This document shows positions 55,371 through 64,000 of a DNA stretch of 64,000 nt, piece after piece. Source of the DNA: Cyanidioschyzon merolae (taxonomy: Eukaryota); the NCBI GenBank assembly GCA_000091205.1, contig AP006500.2. One strand, 5' to 3'. Numbering within the stretch: the stretch's first letter is position 1; every line of letters starts with the position of its first letter. The translations under genes and the position numbers were made by a program. The notes beneath the pieces are model-generated. The model did not search any database. It saw nothing but the letters and a program-made list of their open reading frames with translations, and was not told the DNA's origin.

Positions 55371-57222
55371 GGGTGCTTTTCAGCTCTGACGGTGTCATGA
55401 ATCGTATGGGAGGTTCGCTGTTGTCCTTGTTGATAATGGCGATATTGGCCGATACGCTTACGCAGTCGGTCTCGACGAAAGACGCAACCTCTCCTGGTCG
55501 TATTGCGAAGCTGGTATTCCCGCAGTTTTTCCTTCCCGCTTGCATCTATTGCTTGCGAGGCATGGTGTCGCCACTGCCGAGCGGTGTTTCCTCGATGACC
55601 GTGAAGAAAAGCGGATTCGACTTGAGCACCGAATCGATTATTTGACGTGACAAATCCAGTCGACTTTCGGAACGGGCCTGCGAACAAGGCATCAAGGGGT
55701 GACGTCGAGGCTGTCTGCTCGTCAACCCAACAGAGCGCATTGCTGCGTCCACGAGTTGCCCTGAATCGGAAAGATCGAAAACTTGAAGCATGTGAGATTC
55801 GGGTATGCCACACATAAGGAGAGAAGAAGCGAAGCAGCTTGCAAATATGAGTTGGATATCGATTTCTGTTTTTTTACGGACCCGTGTTCGGGGGTATCGC
55901 GAATCATTCTGACTCCGATGAAGGAACGCATTCCAGCGGTAAATCGTTCAAGGTAACGCTCCGAAAACACGACCAAGAATCCTAAAACTACGCGTGAACC
56001 CGTATGCCCATAGTGCTGCACTTGGAATCTTGATGCCGCAGATCCAGAGAAAAACGTTTGGATGTATCGCAAGCTAGGAAGAGCGCAAGCAGCTCAAAAC
56101 TCCATGATAACGTAATACGGTTCTAGAGACCTGCTCTGGGGCCGCGCTCCCATCCGCAGAGGCAGCGCACGAAAGCAACAGCACTAGCCAAAAAAATGAG
56201 CTCGAACGGGTTCACATATCGGCATACATTGCATTACCGATTTCGCATGGCGTGGAACTGGGGAGAGAGCATCCCAATATGGAAACGTACTCAGCCGGGC
56301 ACGCGTCTGCATCCGCAGCATATGCGCAGGTCCCGTGAAAGGACCACCTGCGGCGCCGTGCGGCCCGCGCTGCACCAGGCCAGCTTCTCTGACAGCCTAA
56401 ACAGCGCCAATGCTCCCGTGACCTGGACTACGCTCAAGGTCTAGCTCCGCAGCAAACGACGTACCTGCTGTCGCTCGCCGCCCTGAACTAAACGCACGCA
56501 CGCGTACGCGTCCTCGAGTTGGGCGCTTCACGAAAGCGACCCGAGCAGCCGCAGGCTGCAAAACGTGCTCCCTTGTTGCCTAGCGCTTTCTCACGAGAAT
56601 AACCTCGAACCGGTACGCCTTCGAAGCAAAGAAAAGCGCCTGCGAGCTCGACCTCGTATGCAGCCTATAAACGAGGCTCCTGGGGTGCTCGTTATCGAGC
56701 TTCAGTGCACGCATCGATACAGCCCCCGCCACGTTTCCCACCGAACAAAGCACCGTGATCTCTGTTGCATCGTCATGCACCAGTCACGTATCAACCTCTG
56801 CGAAAAGCAAGCTCGATGCATACAACCAACAACAACCGTACGCATCAGCAAGCAAGCATCGAAGCAGATGGCAACAAACAGTGCCCTTGGCGCGTGCTGC
56901 TGCCTCCTTCGGGAGATTGTTTTCGGACAACGCAGCAGCGATCGCGCGCGCGCGCCTCGAAGGCCATCAGCTGCAATTCGACGCTGCCTCGAAAGTGTGC
57001 GTTCGATCCGCACTACGGCGGCGCGAGCTGTCACGACTCCGGTGACCCCCAGCGAACAGTTCGCATCGAGATAGAAGTCGAAGTTTGCAACGTGGCAGTG
57101 CCAGCTTGCGCTATAGCATGGCCCCGGAGGAGGCGCCAGTCCAATGCTTCCAAAGCAATTTGTGTTTGGACTTGTTCTAGCTCGAACAACATCTGTAATC
57201 CGATTGTATCTCATTGAAAGCC

Positions 57223-59091
57223 ATGAACATGAGGCTGCTCTATCTGGCCGCTATTGTAGTGGTCCTGGCGGCGACGCTGCTGCAAAGTGCGGCCGCCATG
57301 GACTACTATCAGAAGGATATGAAACAGAAGAAGCAGTGCTACACAGTCGAGAAGTGTGTGAAGCAGGAGCGCAAATGTATCCAATATGAGAAGGTTTGCA
57401 CGCAGCCGCAGAAGAAGTGCATCCAGCACGAACTTATCTGTGTGCAGCAAGAGAACCAGTGCAAGCAGTACGAGCCCGAATACCAGAATGTTAAAGTCTG
57501 TGTTGCGTACGAGAAAGAATGCGTGCAATGGAACTATAAGGATGAGTGCCAGCAGGAGTACGTCCAACAGAACAATTACTTCTGGGGCATGAGATGGTCC
57601 AATGAGAAGAAGAAGGAGCCTGTCAAGAAACAGTGCAAGAAAGTTCAGAACGGCTGCGCACAGTGGCAGGAGAACAAGAACAAGTGCGCACAGTATGGCG
57701 AACAACAACAGAAGATCGGACAAAAGTGCTCCGACTATGTCCAGGTGTGCACGAAGACGAAACCCGGGAAATGCATCCAGTATCAGGAGACCTGCAACAA
57801 CTATCAGCAGCAGTGTGCACAATGGGCTAACGTGTGCCAGCAGTACAAGAAGGAGATCGTCTGTCCTGAACCCAAGAAGGAGCCGCAGAAGAAAGTTAAG
57901 CAAGAGCAGTACGTGAAGAAGGACAACTACGTGTGGCGAATGTACGATCAAAAGAAAAAGTATGATCAGAAAAACGTAGAGCAGCAACAGAAGAATGAAT
58001 GGTTCCAGCAGCAGAATGAGAAGAAGCAGTACTATTGGCAGCCACAGAAGACCCAGTACTACAAGAAGAATGATTACAAGAAGAATGTTTACAACGACCA
58101 GAAACAGTACTACTGGGAGCCACAGAAGACCCAGTACTACAAGAAGAATGATTACAAGAAGAATGTTTACAACGACCAGAAACAGTACTACTGGGAGCCG
58201 CAGAAGACCCAGTACTACAAGAAGAATGACTACAAGAAGAATGTTTACAACGATCAGAAGCAGTACTACTGGGAGCCGCAGAAGACCCAGTACTACAAGA
58301 AGAATGACTACTACCAAAAGAAGGACAACTACGTGTGGCGAATGTACGATCAAAAGAAAAAGTATGATCAGAAAAACGTAGAGCAGCAACAGAAGAATGA
58401 ATGGTTCCAGCAGCAGAATGAGAAGAAGCAGTACTATTGGCAGCCACAGAAGACCCAGTACTACAAGAAGAATGATTACAAGCAGAATGTTTACAACGAC
58501 CAGAAACAGTACTACTGGGAGCCGCAGAAGACCCAGTACTACAAGAAGAATGACTACAAGAAGAATGTTTACAACGACCAGAAACAGTACTACTGGGAGC
58601 CGCAGAAGACCCAGTACTACAAGAAGAATGACTACAAGAAGAATGTTTACAACGATCAGAAGCAGTACTACTGGGAGCCGCAGAAGACCCAGTACTACAA
58701 GAAGAATGACTACTACCAAAAGAAGGACAACTACGTGTGGCGAATGTACGATCAAAAGAAAAAGTATGATCAGAAAAACGTAGAGCAGCAACAGAAGAAT
58801 GAATGGTTCCAGCAGCAGAATGAGAAGAAGCAGTACTATTGGCAGCCACAGAAGACCCAGTACTACAAGAAGAATGACTACAAGAAGAACGTTTACAACG
58901 ACCAGAAACAGTACTACTGGGAGCCGCAGAAGACCCAGTACTACAAGAAAAATGACTACAAGAAGAATGTTTACAACGACCAGAAACAGTACTACTGGGA
59001 GCCGCAGAAGACCCAGTACTACAAGAAGAATTACAATCTATACGGAAAGAAAGAAAATCCATACGTTCCGCAGTATTACTACTGGGAGTGA
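57223..59091 (+). CDS. Secreted Cys/Gln/Tyr/Lys-rich protein with heptad-spaced cysteines, family member 3 (622 aa), with a long Tyr/Lys/Gln-rich C-terminal tandem-repeat domain
   Basis: The track start 57214 is TTG; the first ATG is at 57223, giving MNMRLLYLAAIVVVLAATLLQSAAA (signal peptide). Block A is QKKQCYTVEKCVKQERKCIQYEKVCTQPQKKCIQHELICVQQENQCKQYEPEYQNVKVCVAYEKECVQWNYKDECQQ, with Cys at positions 4,10,17,24,31,38,45,58,65,74. A YFWGMRW linker follows. Block B is QCKKVQNGCAQWQENKNKCAQYG...KCSDYVQVCTKTKPGKCIQYQETCNNYQQQCAQWANVCQQY. Then come 3 x 134-aa repeats of Y/K/Q/N-rich sequence. Confidence 0.8.
   Translation: MNMRLLYLAAIVVVLAATLLQSAAAMDYYQKDMKQKKQCYTVEKCVKQERKCIQYEKVCTQPQKKCIQHELICVQQENQCKQYEPEYQNVKVCVAYEKECVQWNYKDECQQEYVQQNNYFWGMRWSNEKKKEPVKKQCKKVQNGCAQWQENKNKCAQYGEQQQKIGQKCSDYVQVCTKTKPGKCIQYQETCNNYQQQCAQWANVCQQYKKEIVCPEPKKEPQKKVKQEQYVKKDNYVWRMYDQKKKYDQKNVEQQQKNEWFQQQNEKKQYYWQPQKTQYYKKNDYKKNVYNDQKQYYWEPQKTQYYKKNDYKKNVYNDQKQYYWEPQKTQYYKKNDYKKNVYNDQKQYYWEPQKTQYYKKNDYYQKKDNYVWRMYDQKKKYDQKNVEQQQKNEWFQQQNEKKQYYWQPQKTQYYKKNDYKQNVYNDQKQYYWEPQKTQYYKKNDYKKNVYNDQKQYYWEPQKTQYYKKNDYKKNVYNDQKQYYWEPQKTQYYKKNDYYQKKDNYVWRMYDQKKKYDQKNVEQQQKNEWFQQQNEKKQYYWQPQKTQYYKKNDYKKNVYNDQKQYYWEPQKTQYYKKNDYKKNVYNDQKQYYWEPQKTQYYKKNYNLYGKKENPYVPQYYYWE
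57913..59040 (+). repeat. Higher-order tandem repeat: 402-bp unit x~2.8, each made of a 168-bp segment plus 3 x 78-bp subunits (26-aa E/QPQKTQYYKKNDYKKNVYNDQKQYYW)
   Basis: The same-frame ORFs 57995..58381, 58397..58783 and 58799..59203 are offset by exactly 402 bp and nearly identical. Within each unit the 78-bp motif cagaagacccagtactacaagaagaatga(t/c)tacaagaagaatgtttacaacga(c/t)cagaa(a/g)cagtactactgggagcc(a/g) recurs three times. Confidence 0.85.
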
Positions 59092-60203
59092 AAATCAGCA
59101 GGGAGCCACCGAACATCTGGGAGCGTCTGAAACGGTGGGGGCACGGGAAAGTTTACGGATTGGCGATTGCGCCGCTACGTACAGGTTAGACTCTTGCCAG
59201 TAAACCGATAGAGTACACCAGAATGCAGTTTGCGCTTATGGCGGGTACCTCGATCGTGTCAGGTGAGTTGCAAGGCATAGGCGCCGTGGTCTATATCGAC
59301 ACAGCATGCATGCTGTGTCTCTGCGAAGATCACCGGATCCGGCGGACGTTGCGGGCACCATAACTTAAACCACGACGGCAACATGTTACCGATATGAACT
59401 GTCATCGGTGCCAGCCCGTGACCCCCCAATAGCAGCCGCATTCAAAACAGTTCCTCATTGCAGCGACCGTGCCGCACGCATTACAAGCACCGTCAGTGAT
59501 CGTATATGCCTGCTCACGAACCCGTCGATGACTAGATTTTTTTCTACTTTCCATATACCTAACGAAACTCCTGCTCACTAGTGTGAGGCATACCTCATCG
59601 GCCCACGCGTGCGACGCCGCGAACGCTCCCCGTGTGCTACAAACATCGCGGGGTTTTGCGCCTGCCCTGTACACACGCCGGGTACGGTCGGAATGGTGCA
59701 CAGCAGAGGGCAGCAGCGTCGCGGCCAGCGCCGGCGCGTAACGCGGGAGATCATTCGACGTGAGCTCCGCAACCCCCCGATACCTGATCCCCTGCCGCAC
59801 GCTGCAATGCACATCGGCTCGTCAGCGCGCGGCAGGGCACGCTTGCGTCAACGCGGCGTCGGACACGTGTCCTTCATCGATCGGCGGCGGTCTGCGACGT
59901 GTACGCACCGCGGTCGATACGCGCGCAAACAGATTTTGCAGGCATGGGACACGACGCCGACGCCGTCGTCGAAGGGAAACGCGTTCCTGACCATTCGTCG
60001 ACTTTGCCGGGAAACATGCGATGCCGCATTCGGAGCATGCACTGCTGCCGGTGACGTGTCCCATGCACGCCGACGGCATGGCACGGCGACATCAAGGATG
60101 CAGCCTCTCCGAGCGTGCGACATTGGTGTTGAAGGCGTAGCATTCGAGTAGCGAGCGGTATTCATTCACGCGTAGAGCAATACAACTGCAACCTTAGGAA
60201 AAA

Positions 60204-61133
60204 ATGATCAAGAAAACTGTTTTGTGTTTTGCAGTAGCGCTGGTGCTTTGCATCGTAGCACCGATGAAGGGTGCGCAGGCCTGGTACAACACCGTAGCAC
60301 AGCAGGAGCAGTGCTATCAGAAGCAGGTGTGCACTCAGTATGACAACCAGTGCACAGGATATAGCAACGTATGTTTGCAGTGGGGCGAGCAGTGCAAGCA
60401 ATACGAGCAGGTGTGCACAAGCTGGGAAACCAAGTGCCTTGCCTATGAGGATGTTTACAAGACCACTCAGGTCTGCGCCCAGTACGCCCAGACGTGCGCA
60501 CAGTGGAACTACAAGGAGGACTGCCAACAGGTCAAGCAGGAGCAGAAGCAATACTATACTGCCGTGGAGACGCCAGTTGCAAAACAGGACTACAAGAAGA
60601 AGCAAGACTATGTCAAGAAGCAGGAGGATCAGCAGAAGAAGGACCAGTACATCTGGGGCCAAAACGGCTGGCGCTGGTACAACCAGGAGCAGCAGCAGAA
60701 GCAGCAGGTTCAGGTGAAGAAGGTCATCGAGACTCCGATCGCCACCCAGACCTGCAAGAAGGTGCAAGCTGGATGTGCTCGCTGGCAGCAGGACACCTCC
60801 AAGTGCGAGCAGTGGACTACAAACAAACAGAAGATCGGCGTTCGGTGCGCAAACAGCGCTCAGGTATGCTCCAACTACACACAGGGCAAGTGCGCTCAGA
60901 GCGAGCAGGTCTGCCTGAGTTATGGCCAGAAATGCACGGGCTACCAGCAAGTGTGCAAGTCGTACGGCTGGCAATGGGTCTGCCAGCAGGTTCAGGCCAC
61001 TGAACAGTACCAGCAGAAGCAGGTTTACGGCCAGAAGGAAGTATACGGCCAGCAACAGAAGCAAAAGTACCAGAAGGACCAAAAGCAGTACCAGGATCAG
61101 CAGAACTACTGGCAGAAGCAGTACATGTGGTGA
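60204..61133 (+). CDS. Secreted Cys/Gln/Tyr-rich protein with heptad-spaced cysteines, family member 4 (309 aa)
   Basis: ATG at 60204 (checked), signal peptide MIKKTVLCFAVALVLCIVAPMKGAQA. Block A is QQEQCYQKQVCTQYDNQCTGYSNVCLQWGEQCKQYEQVCTSWETKCLAYEDVYKTTQVCAQYAQTCAQWNYKEDCQQ. The linker has YIWGQNGWRW. Block B is QTCKKVQAGCARWQQDTSKCEQWTTNKQKIGVRCANSAQVCSNYTQGKCAQSEQVCLSYGQKCTGYQQVCKSYGWQWVCQQ. The tail is Q/K/Y-rich. The minus-strand poly-Leu ORF 60162..61082 is the antisense artefact. Confidence 0.8.
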   Translation: MIKKTVLCFAVALVLCIVAPMKGAQAWYNTVAQQEQCYQKQVCTQYDNQCTGYSNVCLQWGEQCKQYEQVCTSWETKCLAYEDVYKTTQVCAQYAQTCAQWNYKEDCQQVKQEQKQYYTAVETPVAKQDYKKKQDYVKKQEDQQKKDQYIWGQNGWRWYNQEQQQKQQVQVKKVIETPIATQTCKKVQAGCARWQQDTSKCEQWTTNKQKIGVRCANSAQVCSNYTQGKCAQSEQVCLSYGQKCTGYQQVCKSYGWQWVCQQVQATEQYQQKQVYGQKEVYGQQQKQKYQKDQKQYQDQQNYWQKQYMW

Positions 61134-61949
61134 AAAACGCTGCTCTAGAAGCTGCTGGCGGTTTTCATTGCTCGAAATGAAGTGAACAAGGAATGTGGGT
61201 CAAGGTTTGGCGAATCCGAACCAGGGAAGAGGGCGGTGCTCTGCGAAGCGGAACAGCAATAGAAATGGAGCGACGGCGTGAGAGAGACAAGCCATTGAGT
61301 CATATGCTCAACCGGGTATAGACACATTCATTAAGTAAAGGAACGTTGGGATTCTGCACCCTGCATTCGCACACGACGCCAAAGGAGTAGCGCTCACGGA
61401 CGCCTGCGCCCGCAGGTGAACATGCACTGGGATACTTGATGTGACGTGCCGGCTGTCGGGCAAGAAGCTCTACGCCAATATACCGCCACAGAATCGGGTG
61501 CGCGTTTACGTCAGACTTTATCATTGGTGTAGGTTAGAGATTTTAATGAGTTGTATCCGCGCGACCAGGATTCAGTGCGAAAAAATCACTCAAACACTAG
61601 CCTCCGCCTTCGTTCGAAGAACGTCAGCCTTTCGGCGAATGCTGCCCTGTGTTCTCTGGGAATGCTACACGTGCACCGTAATGGGTTCCGTGTCCCAGAC
61701 ACATCAATGGCAGCATACTATGAAACAGGTCCATTGAGCTAACACGCACGTACACGCCAAAGGTCTGCTTCGTACCCATTGTCATCAACATCGGCCTATG
61801 CGGGCTTGTACTGCGAACGTTTCGATTTCCCCGCCCGTATCTCCCGCTTTCAAAACGCCTGTCTCCGCTGTCCATCTAGAATCGTTGTCAGCAGCCGAAC
61901 GACTTCTGCGGCAGCGTTAAAGTCCCGAATCAGCCACTTGCAGCGATTG

Positions 61950-63133
61950 TCAACACGTTTCATGCAGAGGCGGAAGTTGCGGTATACGCTTCGCTTGTAA
62001 TTGTCGCCGTATTTGAGCGCAGCCTCGGTGCGCCATTCGCAGTGGCGACAGGTGATTGTGGTCAAATGTTGTCGCATGTACACGAAATCTACTCGTCACT
62101 CGAGCGCCGCCCAGTGACGCGTGAGCGCTTGCGTCACCGCTTGGTGCATGAACTTGATGGGCACAAAAGGATGCATTCGATGCCGGCCTCGGTTTCCGCG
62201 CCCGGGAGCGTACCCTAGGACGACGGGCCTGTTCTAGGTGATCCCCCGACGAGAGCTCTGTGCGCTGCATGCGTCCATGCGAGATGTCTCGTTCGATCAC
62301 GGATTTGTGGAGCGCGATGTTGTCCATGACGAAACAAGTACCCGAGGAAATATCTCCGCATGAGAACGAGTCGAGAACTTTCGATTGGATCACGCTCGTG
62401 TCATGCGAAGAACACCGCATGCTTCACTGGAAATGATTTCTATGATGATGCAAGCCTGAGTTAAAGGCGCTTTTTGCATGCAAACAAAAGGGACGCGAGC
62501 CTCCGGGTGCTGATCACGTGACAGGTATCGTGTTGTTGTCGAATGCCCTTTCGTCAATGACCGCACATATCGGACGATTCCTCTTTCGAACGAAATCCTT
62601 TATTTTACAGGACACCTGCATTGATATATCGGCATGGGGTTGTGCACAGGTCGTCAAGCAACGACATCGAGCTTTATTTACTCGCCAATCCGGTGGCACG
62701 AATCGCATCGCCTGCGAGTCGTCATGAAAAAATCCGAATATTTCAAGAAAGCGTGATTTGGGCATGCTCCACGAAAAGAACGGACACCAATCGAGTCCTA
62801 TACCTATGAACTGGATAAAGTAATCGGCGATTTTACGAGCGCTTGTTCGAAGGCTTCGCTAATCATCCTCAGTCCAGTCACGTAAAGTACGCCAGCGGCA
62901 AAGCGTCCAAGCAGCCTATCCAAATCCACGACCGAGCATCCTAAAACTACGCCCTGTTCCATAAACCTCGATTGCTGCTCTCTGAATATCGAGCATATCC
63001 AGCTACACCAAGTCTGAAACAAAATATAAAAGCAGGTATCATGCAAGCAGTCCGGGGTTCCATTTTCATTTGACGCGCGCGTCACGCCTCTGCCCACGTC
63101 CGATACTGCCATTTCGGACACGCTGACCCGCAC
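61950..63133 (-). mobile_element. Decayed pogo/DDE_1-like transposon fragment (minus orientation), the longest minus-strand copy
   Basis: ORF 62804..63133 (-) gives ...GLRMISEAFEQALVKSPITLSS, matching MIRDALEQGFVKLSISSS in copy 1. ORF 61950..62420 (-) gives ...TCFVMDNIALHKSVIERDISHGRMQRTELSS...ARRPRVRSRARKPRPAS, i.e. the [LM]DN...H motif and the tail shared with the other copies. Confidence 0.55.
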
Positions 63134-64000
63134 CCGCCGCTAGTCCGTCGACATGAACCACGATCCTCTACATCTCGCGTACGGTATCCTGCTTGGTGAC
63201 GCTCGACAGACCCATACCCCAATGTCTGTTTCTCCGACGCGGATAGCTCTTTGCGATCACGCGTGCGCGCGCTCTGCCTTCGAAATGCCGCTCGCGCTGG
63301 ACAGCACGGCACCTGCCAGCACGTACGCCAGACGCATGTGTATGCGTGCCGCCACAAGATCGCCAGCACGCAAACGCAGCAGTGACACGCATCGACACGA
63401 GATCGGCATCCGAGCTGCGGATCCGTGCGCAACACGTGTCCGCGCGAATGTCGCCAGCGCCTGGATGCAACGATCGCCGCAATGCGCCGCTCGACACGGA
63501 AGCACGCCCCAGCGCTTCTTTACCGAAGAGCGAAGCCTTGTTCGATGTCCGTGGCGTCAAACAGGTGCGGAGGACAGCAGCGATGTGCACGCAACGCCGT
63601 GCTCTTGTCTAGTCGAGCGCAACCTTTGCCAAGGACGCACGTGTCTGCGTCTTGGCTCGGGACCCGATCAGGACGCGCCTCAAAGCGTCTCGATGCGAAC
63701 TCAGTACCGCCCAAATCCAGAGCATCGACATGAGAAGCGTCCAGAGGCTCAACGAACCCGAAGGGATCCATGTCCTGGCACCGACCAGCGTCCGAGATAC
63801 CAGGAGATGGGCGGTGCTCGCCCATATGGTCGTAGCGAGCAGCACCTTGCCACTGGGCCATGGCGCACACGATGCTCGTGTCGTATCCCGGCCATCGGCG
63901 TGATGCAGGGCGATTCGGACCATAGCGGTGGCGAGTGCAGCTCGCACTAGTAAGGTGATAGCATTGTTTGCAATCAAAAGCAGCGGATCTCCAGTGTGGA

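Overview
The window is GC-rich eukaryotic nuclear DNA that appears almost intron-free. Domain-bearing proteins sit in single uninterrupted ORFs, separated by 1-4 kb of GC-rich spacer with spurious ORFs on both strands.

Genes I can recognise from the translations (all calls are from motifs read by eye; no searches were run):
- A P4-type phospholipid flippase N-terminus running off the left edge (1-657, minus strand). It is absent from the ORF track.
- A mitochondrial carrier with three Mito_carr repeats, mitoferrin/MRS3-4-like (5415-6797, minus).
- A three-domain HCF101-type Fe-S assembly ATPase, DUF59 - Mrp/NBP35 P-loop - DUF971 (10093-11730, minus).
- A SEC-C motif / YchJ-like protein (12970-13692, minus).
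- An M3B oligoendopeptidase F with HEXXH and a presequence (15192-17219, minus).
- A MYND zinc-finger protein (20262-21977, plus).
- A secreted hypothetical protein (23602-24321, plus).
- A CP12 domain protein that lacks the N-terminal cysteine pair (25595-26041, minus).
- A protein with an HSF-type DNA-binding domain (27242-28375, plus).
- A C2 domain protein (29166-29789, minus).
- The ISCU Fe-S scaffold (34252-34737, minus).
- A single-domain globin (35093-35650, plus).
- An IMP1/IMP2-like S26 inner-membrane peptidase (53365-53964, plus).
- A conserved hypothetical protein with no recognisable family (3059-4501, minus).

CP12 plus plastid/mitochondrial-type extensions on several products point to a photosynthetic eukaryote. 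The intronless genes, ~55-58% GC and a CP12 without the N-terminal Cys pair suggest a red alga; this is inference only.

The most unusual content is a four-member family of secreted, signal-peptide-bearing proteins rich in Cys, Gln, Tyr and Lys, clustered at 39-61 kb. Their cysteines fall on a strict 7-residue period and they share a two-block architecture. One member carries a 3 x 402-bp higher-order tandem repeat with nested 78-bp units.

A frameshifted TnpB/Fanzor-like RuvC nuclease relic (51.1-53.15 kb) lies immediately upstream of, and reads in-frame into, the IMP peptidase gene. It carries an internal 75-bp tandem duplication of the RuvC-I lead-in.

Two decayed DNA-transposon families are scattered through the window: a pogo/DDE_1-like family with at least six fragments and a Tc1/mariner-like ~1.4-kb element with TIRs (two copies plus a solo end). 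There are also several minisatellites with periods of 78, 75 and 41 bp.

Many ORF-track entries begin at GTG or TTG rather than ATG; the starts given below are the first in-frame ATG where I could check the sequence.
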